From: Octopus sinensis
Lineage: Eukaryota
Assembly: GCF_006345805.1 (NCBI RefSeq)
Contig: NC_042997.1
Coordinates: 185,318,001 to 185,382,000 of the forward strand
Direction of reading: 5' to 3'
Length of the DNA: 64,000 nt
Shown: piece by piece, positions 54,323 through 64,000 of the stretch
Layout: every line of letters begins with the position of its first letter
How positions within the stretch are numbered: position 1 is the stretch's first letter
The notes under the pieces: generated by a model
What the model saw: only the letters and a program-made list of their open reading frames with translations
Told to the model about the DNA's origin: nothing
Databases searched by the model: none
Position numbers and translations under genes: made by a program

Positions 54323-56493
54323 GTGTCTCTACTGGCCCTATACCGGTGTTTGTTTATCGACCTCCCCGAAACTTGGCGGTTCAGCATTGAAGACGAATAA
54401 AATAAAGACCAGGTTTACAAATATGAACAGTGGTCGATTTCTTCAACTGAACCTTTCAAATTGGTTATCCAGGATGCCTACTATCTAATGACTGAAGCAA
54501 TTAAATTATTTTAAAAAATAAAATTGTTGCTAAAGAACCTAAGAAAACGTAGAAAAATCAATTAAATTTCCTGTATTCGTTGCATTATGATTTCCACGGA
54601 TATATGTTTCCTGTTCAGTTTTAGGCAACGGATATTAGAATATTCATGCGTTAGATTTTTTCTTGGAATTTAAAAAATAAATAGTTGATAGGCTTGGCTA
54701 AAGTGTTTTACAGGTATTCATTTTTCGAATTGCTTAATGTTTAAATTTAATGTTACAAAATTCAAAACATCACTACCACTCCTCCATTTCTCCCCTCTCC
54801 TTTCAGGTAATCACGTGGAAGTATTACGGACGGACTAATTAACGGAGGAACAAGCAGGATTATCATAAGATACTGTGAAATAAACAGTAGCAATCACTGA
54901 TTGTGATGTGAACTGAAAAAAGCGAGTATGATTTGTTAGTATTTTGCTAATAGATTTAGGTACCTGTTTTGTTGTGAGCAGACACAGGCTGTAGCTCCCT
55001 CTCTCAATTAATTCTCTTACACTTGACTCGGCGAATAATAGAGACTGTAAAAGGAGAAATCTGAAAGGAGAAATAGCTGCTCCTACACTCGGTTGATATC
55101 CTTCTCATCTGCGTAGACTGGAGTACAGTGAAATAAACTTTTTCCGTGCAGGGAAGCGAACCTGCGATCTTCTGATCGATCGCCTAACACCTCTAACCAT
55201 TAAATGAAGCTCCTTCACACAGCAATGCAAAGTACATAATAGTAATCACTCGTAACAATTGTGACAAACATACTCACTAACAAACAACTGCATGTGACAG
55301 AAGTGTATTTTTGTATAATTCATACCGCTAGCTTTGTGTCTGTGTGTGTGTTTGAGCGCATGTATGCAGGACCTTTATTTTGAAGAAGTCGTCTGATAAT
55401 TTAGCTGTTATACATCTCTTAGGGATATTAATGATATTAGCGAAGTGGTCTGATTTCAATTAGGAATTGAAAGTCTGCCATGCTATTCACTGTAGCTCTC
55501 TTCATTTTAGGCGAAATATTAAATTCTCACCTTCTCACGAGGCTAGAAATTTTGTTAACTGGGAATATTGACTTTTTTAATCGATTCTCCCCAGTTGATT
55601 GATACTTATTTTATCAACATCGGAGACAAGCAGTCTCAGTCTGGATTTGAACTGGGGATGCCTAGCGACAATATCAGAAACAGTAATTTAGTTTAACATG
55701 TTACCGCTTGCGTAACTCATTACGTCAGCTCTGGAGTCGATTAAAAGCCAACGAATCATTGAATGAGGCGTAGTTGATTGAATCAAACACTGCGCAATAT
55801 TTTATGGTCAATGGAAATATGAATTTCAAAGTCAGTCGTAATGGGATTTGAATTCAGTTGAGAAAACTATCAAAGAAAATATCTGTTAATAATCGAGTGC
55901 ATTATTACTTCTGTAACCTATTAGTCACTCACCCACCACCACCACCACAACCACCACCACTATTGAGGAGAATAAAAATCATAGTTTACGTTAAGAACGA
56001 CAATGACGTATGCAGTGTAAAATGGAGGAGCAACAGACAGACTGAGCAAATGTGAAAGTATACTGATAAAATGTTTCATTCGTTTATAGAGCCAAATAAA
56101 GATAATGTGTTAGGGGCTTGAAGCAGTTACAGATATTCAGAATTATTGAAACCCATCGCAACCCAAATGCACACCTTTTTATTTTTTTTACCAAATCTTC
56201 ACATACTCACATTTTCGATATTACAAATAAATCAATACACAATATTTATTCATTATATATATCAGTATAAAGATATATATATATATATGTATATATAAAC
56301 ATATGGACACAGATGTATCTATATATGTATGTATATGTGTATATACATATATGTGTGTGTATATACATATATGTGTGTGTATATATATATGTGCGTGTAT
56401 ATATATATGCGTATATATATATACATATATATATGTATATATATACATATATAAATATATCTATATTCATATATAAATATGTCTATCTATCTG

Positions 56494-56528
<35 letters not shown>

Positions 56529-56531
<3 letters not shown>

Positions 56532-57221
56532 AATGCACACACACAACACACACACACACATATATATATATGCGTATGTGTTGATGTATGTATATATATA
56601 TAGATATAACGGGAAGCTTTATGAAAATAAACAAAAGACGAAGGCAGGTGGAAAACAAACGAACAATTGTATTAGTATGGCGCTCAGGAATATAAATAAA
56701 ACAAGTCTTATATATAGATATATATATATATGAAATCTTGCCTAGTTATATTGCACAGGGTTTTGTTTGCTGCTTTCATTTATTTACTGAATATTCGTTT
56801 TACACCCGTTTTTCGTCTGTTGAAATCTCCAGAGTTCCCATAAACAGCGGTAATGTGCGCATGAAAGAGAAGCGATAACCTAACTTGAGATCAGACGTTC
56901 ACTAACGTCTGATCTCAAGTCACGTTATCATGTTCACCAACACTACATCGTTAATACTAACATATGGAAATATAGTTGCAGAGAATGATTACTTTCCCTC
57001 CCTGCCTTACTGAAATAGTTCAAAACACCCCCCAGATTCATACCCTCTCAGATTGACTAAATGAAGTAAATGCGTCCATGTTCATACGCGACGCGGTAAA
57101 TATTATGATCATTGTTCCATCAAACGTGGCACAATTTCATATATGTAGGTTCTTCACACACACACATATGTACGTATATATTTATGCATATAAGCACCCA
57201 CATAGACATGCATACATGTGT

Positions 57222-57258
<37 letters not shown>

Positions 57259-57499
57259 TATGAGAGAGAAAGAACGGGGGAGAGAGAGAGAGGGATGGAG
57301 AGTAAGTAGGGGAGGGACTGTTATACATCAACAAGTGCTTGTGTGATTCCGGTAAAAGTTATACAATCATACAATATAAGCCATGAAAAATATTTAAGTT
57401 CGTCCAAATACGAATATATAGGCATATGAGTGTATGTATGTATGTAAGTTTGTATGTAATTATGTCTGTATGGAAGCATGTACGTAATATATATATATA

Positions 57500-57533
<34 letters not shown>

Positions 57534-57789
57534 CACAATGACATTCGCGTACATACATAGACGCAAACATATATAGATATACATACATAAATATATACAT
57601 ACATATATATAGTATATATATATATATATATATTTATATACACATTGATAAAAACATATAAACATACACATATATACATGCATATATACATGCATACATA
57701 TATATATATATATATATGTTTATATACACATTGATAAAAACATACAAACATACACATATATACATGTATATATATATATACATATATAC

Positions 57790-57824
<35 letters not shown>

Positions 57825-58525
57825 ATATATACCAATGCACACACACACACACACCACACACATATATATATATGCATATGTGTTGATGTATGTATATATA
57901 TATAGATATAACGGGAAGCTTTATGAAAATAAACAAAAGACGAAGGCAGGTGGAAAACAAACGAACAATTGTATTAGTATGGCGCTCAGGAAATATAAAT
58001 AAAACAAGTCTTATATATAGATATATATATATATGAAATCTTGCCTAGTTATATTGCACAGGGTTTTGTTTGCTGCTTTCATTTATTTACTGAATATTCG
58101 TTTTACACCCGTTTTTCGTCTGTTGAAATCTCCCAGAGTTCCCATAAACAGCGGTAATGTGCGCATGAAAGAGAAGCGATAACCTAACTTGAGATCAGAC
58201 GTTCACTAACGTCTGATCTCAAGTCACGTTATCATGTTCACCAACACTACATCGTTAATACTAACATATGGAAATATAGTTGCAGAGAATGATTACTTTC
58301 CCTCCCTGCCTTACTGAAATAGTTCAAAACACCCCCCAGATTCATACCCTCTCAGATTGACTAAATGAAGTAAATGCGTCCATGTTCATACGCGACGCGG
58401 TAAATATTATGATCATTGTTCCATCAAACGTGGCACAATTTCATATATGTAGGTTCTTCACACACACACATATGTACGTATATATTTATGCATATAAGCA
58501 CCCACATAGACATGCATACATGTGT

Positions 58526-58568
<43 letters not shown>

Positions 58569-58805
58569 TATGAGAGAGAAAGAACGGGGGAGAGAGAGAG
58601 GGATGGAGAGTAGTAGGGGAGGGACTGTTATACATCAACAAGTGCTTGTGTGATTCCGGTAAAAGTTATACAATCATACAATATAAGCCATGAAAAATAT
58701 TTAAGTTCGTCCAAATACGAATATATAGGCATATGAGTGTATGTATGTATGTAAGTTTGTATGTAATTATGTCTGTATGGAAGCATGTACGTATATATAT
58801 ATATA

Positions 58806-58839
<34 letters not shown>

Positions 58840-59101
58840 CACAATGACATTCGCGTACATACATAGACGCAAACATATATAGATATACATACATAAATAT
58901 ATACATACATATATATAGTATATATATATATATATATATATATGTTTATATACACATTGATAAAAACATAAACATACACATATATACATGCATATATACA
59001 TGCATACATATATATATATATATGTTTATATACACATTGATAAAAACATACAAACATACACATATATACATGTATATATATATATACATATATACATATA
59101 T

Positions 59102-59110
<9 letters not shown>
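56529..59110. repeat. ~1.3-kb near-identical tandem duplication (units start ~56529 and ~57831)
   Basis: Unique segments are essentially identical apart from microsatellite length and small indels. Confidence 0.9.
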
Positions 59111-59149
<39 letters not shown>

Positions 59150-59763
59150 ATGTATATACGTATGCATATATACAGATATGCACATACATATGCATGCAGC
59201 TCAGTATTAACATTTGTTCGTTATTAAACTCATGGCCAACGAACAAGTAAATAAATTGCACCTACAAGCAGAGAGAACGGAGAGCGTCGTTTTGATGTTG
59301 CTATGCATCATTAATCAGCTGAACTCTCGTGTTTATGTAGTTCTATTTAAACAGCCCGTTTGTTCGGTTTCCAAAACACTCAACAGATTGTGGCAGTGCA
59401 ACCTTTCCGATTAGATACACTAGCGAATTTACAGAAAATTAACTAGTCCAAGCCATAACTCTGGCAATTCTTGCTATACACGCCTCTACATACATACGCA
59501 TACATACAAAGATTTACATAATATCCACAGCACTCTTAGTTGTCTCGCTCACTCCGAAGATATATATATATATATAAGTAATACTAAGTAATTAAGGGTT
59601 TAGCAACGATTTGCCTCACCACACACCGAATTTAGTAATAGCAGTCAAAGAGTTATGTCTATTCTTTCTACTTAAAAGGGAGATCTCAGTAAAACCACAG
59701 CACTTAAAAGGCAAACGCAGGCAAAAGAGAAAGAAATGACGACAATCATTCTATATTAAGTCA

Positions 59764-59854
59764 CCTACGGACGTACGTTTCGAAATTAAGTCTTGGGAAA
59801 GCATAAAAATTAAATAATTATGTCTTACCCGACTATTTTTCTCTTCAGCGTAGG
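59764..59854 (-). ncRNA. Apparently intact type I hammerhead ribozyme, 6-bp stem I and 60-nt stem II
   Basis: Minus strand CCTACG CTGAAGA GAAA...TTTC GAAAC GTAC GTC CGTAGG; predicted cleavage between 59770 and 59769. Confidence 0.85.
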
Positions 59855-60141
59855 ACTCTACATATATATATATATAAAATTTAATAAGGGTAGAAATTGA
59901 TATTAATCAATTAAAACCAGTGGCCTAGCATATTAAAAAAATCCGAAGATTAAAATATTTTTACATACAAAATTTAAAGGACTGACCTCTAAAAGTGGAC
60001 GGTCAACATGCTAGATATAGACGTCAAAATCGCTATTTTCCACAAAGAATGTGTTCTCAAATAAAAAAAAAAAAACTCAGCACAAACCAAAGCATTAAAA
60101 AAAGCAAGACAAATGAAAATATGCGAAATAAAAATGATTAC

Positions 60142-60216
60142 CTATGTACCGATCAGTTTCGATTGTTAATATCCACGTATATGGATACATGGAAATCTGC
60201 AATATCATCAACATAG
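60142..60216 (-). ncRNA. Type I hammerhead with one core mutation, 44-nt stem II
   Basis: Minus strand CTATG TTGATGA tATTG...CAATc GAAAC TGATCG GTA CATAG; 5-bp stem I CTATG/CATAG. Confidence 0.7.
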
Positions 60217-60359
60217 TCTGTCATATAGAAATACAATTTGCAGGACTAGATACAAAAATGTTTGACCGGAGTCTCGCATGCATAGAATCCAACAAATTAT
60301 ATAAGCATTTTTAGATAGTTACTTCCCTTATATAATATGATCGGTACATAGGTAATAAT

Positions 60360-60574
60360 AGCAAAAAATGCATTAAAAATGGGAAAAAATTATGGTAATT
60401 TTTTTTAATCGTAGACTCATCGTAGACGCGCGCTAATATCCAGAAGGGCTCGATATGAATCACGACTATAAGATACCCGAATTTGGTTAAACTGCACCGC
60501 AAAATGTGGGAGTAGTTAGGAATCTAAATCGTAGGAGACAGACACTCACACAACTTCACTTTTATATATAAAGA
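60360..60574 (-). mobile_element. 5' portion of a non-autonomous Helitron-like element
   Basis: Minus strand begins A|TCTTTATATATAAAAGTGAAGTTGTGTG, a typical Helitron 5' TC end; the 3' CTRR end was not seen. Confidence 0.55.
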
Positions 60575-60577
60575 TAT

Positions 60578-61140
60578 CTGCAATTTACAGATGGACTGAG
60601 GACAATAACATGCAGTTTAATGCTGAAATATTCAAAGCCCTGTGCCACCAGCGTCCAAAAATGAATATAAAACTTAGAGGGTACAGTGAGCCTCAGGAGA
60701 ATAGAATCCCAGAGTCTAAATCAGTGAGTGACATGGGTATCGACATGGATGATGATGCCTCTTCCAAGTACACATTAACAGGATAGCGCCAAAGTGCAGA
60801 CGACTGGCTGGATCCCGAGAACGGTCAGAAAAAGACAGGAGGAAAACATGAGGGTCCACTGGAGGACATTCGTACTCAGCTGCCTGGATTACTGCTCCCA
60901 GCTGGTGTCACCTACCAGTGTAAAATTAACAGCAGACCTTTAAGCAACCCAGCAAAGCTTCACAAAGATCATCTCATTGCAACCGCTCAGCTACTGGGAA
61001 AGGCTGAAATAGCTAAAACTCTACTCTCCGGAGGGAAGGCGGGAGACCTATGCAGTAATATACATCTGGAAGATCCTACAAGTAATTGTACCAAATTTTG
61101 CCATTAAAAGCTACACCAATTACAGACCGGGATAACACTG
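60578..61140 (+). mobile_element. Degenerate CR1-like LINE RT C-terminal fragment
   Basis: IYRWTEDNNMQFNAE.F, DMGI, LDYCSQL.SP and LSYWERLK*LKLYS.E.RR..Y..IYIWKIL, with stops and frameshifts. Confidence 0.8.
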
Positions 61141-61634
61141 TACAGGGTGTTTAGATATAAATTAGTATATAAGATGTGTATGTGTTTGGTCTATCTTTGA
61201 ATTTTGTGATGTTCCTGTGGTTGTTGCTCGCATTGCCTCCCCTTGGATAAAAAAGTGTATATATATATATATATATATATATATGCATACATATGTATGC
61301 ACACATATAAGCACACGTATATATACATACATAATTGTGCTTCGCTTGAAATGTAAAACACTCTTTCCTTCCCTGAGCGTCATATTAATATTTTGCGTGT
61401 ACCACGTCCTCGAGTGATTTTATTCTCCTTTTTTTTTTTGACTATGTATATTTATAGTATTTAATGTAATATTTTAATATAACTGAATTATTGGATTGTC
61501 GATAGAATATCTCTATATTTAATTTATCTTTATAATTGAATTATACCAATATTTATATGGCACATCCAACAGACGTACCAGTGAATTGGATGTTTAACAC
61601 ACTCCTTTGAGGGATTTCTTTTCCTCAGGTTGTT

Positions 61635-61690
<56 letters not shown>

Positions 61691-61702
61691 AATATATATA
61701 TA

Positions 61703-61737
<35 letters not shown>

Positions 61738-61762
61738 AATATATATATAGATATATATATAT

Positions 61763-61797
<35 letters not shown>

Positions 61798-61799
<2 letters not shown>

Positions 61800-61950
61800 C
61801 ACGGGATCACGGGACCGACCAGACCATCAGATGTTGTTACACATCGCTGGTCACATGCGTTCGCATTGTTTTAGCCTTCAAATGACGCCACCCCGCTGGC
61901 TAAACGAGCAGGCCAACAGAAGAAAGAGTGGGAGAAAGAGTGGTGAAAGA

Positions 61951-61954
<4 letters not shown>
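61798..61954 (-). mobile_element. SINE 3' fragment in (TA)n, related to 42678-42983
   Basis: Shares GAGTG.GAGAAAG.GTGG.GAAAGAGTAC with 42796-42828. Confidence 0.55.
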
Positions 61955-62009
<55 letters not shown>

Positions 62010-62219
62010 TGAAATAGAAAGATGAATAATCTTGTGCAGATTAATCAAAAGTTTAACCGATACCTTGGTAGCAAAAATCACAGCAGAAGAAAGCATGGTT
62101 GGAGGTACAACCATATGGAGTTGCAACCGTGCGTTGGTGCGGATAATTGAATTTTAATATTATTAGTGAATTGAAGAAATGGAGTTGAACGAAGATTGAA
62201 CAGAAATCCTTTTATTGCA

Positions 62220-62299
62220 TTCTACACGTGTTTCGAAAGCCACAATTTACCAAATTCCGATTGAATAAGGAGCCCATATTATGTCTTTCTCTTCAGGAA
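62220..62299 (-). ncRNA. Hammerhead ribozyme in the inverted pLTR
   Basis: Minus strand ttc CTGAAGA GAAAGACATAAT...ATTGTGGCTTTC GAAAC ACGT GTA gaa. Confidence 0.8.
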
Positions 62300-62587
62300 G
62301 AAATAGGAATTCCGTTGGCAGAACAAAAACAGAACAGAGGCGCAGCAAATCGAACGAGGAGGCTCCTAAGAGCCCATGGCCAAACTGTTTATCAATGTAT
62401 GTTGAAATCGGGTGGTGGGTGCGTTGAAGATATTTACAGGTCAGGCAGCGGTCAATCCGGTGGGTGAGAGCACGGGGTGCGTAGATGTTCTTTGTGACCG
62501 AGACTAAGGTTCTGACTATTTTAAGAATATTAGGTGTATTATATGGGGCGAGACAAAGTCACTATTAACTAACGGAATAACCCCTGA

Positions 62588-63109
62588 TTCTTCACTATCA
62601 CTCAGAGTGCTGTAATTGCTAGTGAAAATAAAGTAGTAAGCGGCTGCAGTTCTCGCAATCAATATAGTAACAGTAACGCAGTTCTATTTTCAGAAACTAA
62701 TCCTAATAGAATAAGGTTCATGTCGGGGAACTCCAAGATCAGAAATGCCGTTTACCAATGCAAGGTTTACACGGACTCAGATGTCTACTCATATGTCGGG
62801 GCCTCATCGTCAAAATTGGCCTTACGAATCTCCAACCATTACGCAACTTTTCGCGACGTGAATAAATTCCAAGCCACGGGACTTAGCAAGCTAATATGGC
62901 GATTGAAGAATACGAACTCAAGCTACAGCCTGGAATGGTCAATTTTGTCGGTGGCCCTCCCATTTGATAGGGGCAGAAGGAAGTGCAACCTTTGTGTCTC
63001 TGAGCTTTTCCATATATTGTTCGCCAGAGACAGGATGGTAAACGGACTTTTACAGTCGGCTTTTCGATGCCCACATTGGCGGTGTTATACTTATCTTGCT
63101 TATAAATGA
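62588..63109 (+). CDS. GIY-YIG endonuclease domain (C-terminal remnant of a Penelope-like ORF); first ATG at 62720
   Basis: AVYQC..YSYVG (GIY-YIG equivalent), R..NH..TF, T.LSK.IW.LK, W.IL, KCNLC.SE, VN and CPH motifs; frame open from 62588. Confidence 0.85.
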   Translation, partial: FFTITQSAVIASENKVVSGCSSRNQYSNSNAVLFSETNPNRIRFMSGNSKIRNAVYQCKVYTDSDVYSYVGASSSKLALRISNHYATFRDVNKFQATGLSKLIWRLKNTNSSYSLEWSILSVALPFDRGRRKCNLCVSELFHILFARDRMVNGLLQSAFRCPHWRCYTYLAYK

Positions 63110-63284
63110 CGCTTATAAATGATACCTGCACCCGGTTACCCTACTTATATGAGAATAGCCCTTGGAAATAATGTTTTGAAAAAGCTTTTTAAGATAGATA
63201 TGATTAACCCTTGCAAGGGGAATTACTCCCATTAGGCGAATGGTGTTTAGTTTTGACGACGTGAGTTTTGTTTTGACAAAGCAT

Positions 63285-63484
63285 GATTAGACGAACACAC
63301 GAACACATAAAATATTTTCTGCCGCCTGACGGATTTTTCAGCAGTGACCATTGTGTAGCGCTTTTTACCAACTTACGGCCGCGCGATTAAACGAACACAC
63401 GAACACATAAAATATTTTCTGCCGCCTGACGGATTTTTCAGCAGTGACCATTGTGTAGCGCTTTTTACCAACTTACGGCCGCGC
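63285..63484 (+). repeat. Tandem duplication of a 100-bp unit in the 3' region of the Penelope-like element
   Basis: GATTA(G/A)ACGAACACACGAACAC...ACGGCCGCGC at 63285 and 63385, one mismatch seen. Confidence 0.92.
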
Positions 63485-63782
63485 ACATATAGAACAGTTC
63501 ACACACACATGTTTCTAAGTAGATTTTGGCTCGCCCCATATAATACACCTAATATTCTTAAAATAGTCAGAACCTTAGTCTCGGTCACAAAGAACATCTA
63601 CGCACCCCGTGCTCTCACCCACCGGATTGACCTCTGCCTGACCTGTAAATATCTTCAACGCACCCACCACCCGATTTCAACATACATTGATAAACAGTTT
63701 GGCCATGGGCTCTTAGGAGCCTCCTCGTTCGATTTGCTGCGCCTCTGTTCTGTTTTTGTTCTTCCAACGGAATTCCTATTTC

Positions 63783-63862
63783 TTCCTGATGAGAAAGACA
63801 TAATATGGGCTCCTTATTCAATCGGAATTTGGTAAATTATGGCTTTCGAAACACGTGTAGAA
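63783..63862 (+). ncRNA. Hammerhead ribozyme in the 3' pLTR
   Basis: ttc CTGATGA GAAAGACATAAT...ATTATGGCTTTC GAAAC ACGT GTA gaa; 11/12-bp basal stem II; predicted cleavage after 63859; AATAAA follows. Confidence 0.82.
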
Positions 63863-63925
63863 TACAATAAAAGGATTTCTGTTCAATCTTCGTTCAACTC
63901 CATTTCTTCAATTCACTAATAATAT

Positions 63926-63959
<34 letters not shown>

Positions 63960-64000
63960 GTGTGTGTGTGTGTGTGTGGTGTGTGTGTGTGTGTGTGTGT

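Larger units (their letters stand above)
62006..63927 (+). mobile_element. 5'-truncated Penelope-like element: inverted pLTR, GIY-YIG ORF remnant and 3' pLTR, inserted in (TA)n
   Basis: ~405-bp inverted repeats 62155-62560 and 63522-63927, each with an HHR; GIY-YIG ORF between them; (TA)n at both ends. Confidence 0.88.

Noticed and set aside
62228-62467. 79-aa ORF mirrored at 63615-63821
   Set aside because: Antisense reading of the pLTR across the ribozyme; duplicated only because of the inverted repeat

Overview
AT-rich eukaryotic DNA, full of microsatellites. It is most likely octopod cephalopod intergenic or intronic sequence; this is an inference from the repeat families and composition, not a database match. 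No host protein-coding gene is supported, and nearly all listed ORFs are translations of simple repeats or transposon relics. The window is a mosaic of tRNA-derived SINEs (several families), truncated non-LTR retrotransposons (RTE, CR1-like, Tx1-like, many R4/Dong-like pieces in (TAA)n arrays), Tc1/mariner relics, a Helitron 5' end and a 1.3-kb tandem duplication. The most striking signal is a set of at least 8 recognisable type-I hammerhead ribozyme (HHR) motifs, plus several decayed ones, from about 6 different sequence families. Most sit in short non-coding units embedded in (TA)n/(TG)n microsatellites. They share a palindromic minimal stem III, and most have a long (44-81 nt) stem II. Two of them lie in the ~405-bp inverted pseudo-LTRs of a truncated Penelope-like element (62.0-63.9 kb) that still encodes a C-terminal GIY-YIG endonuclease, a plausible mobiliser for the group. 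All coordinates were read by eye, and boundaries of decayed repeats are approximate.
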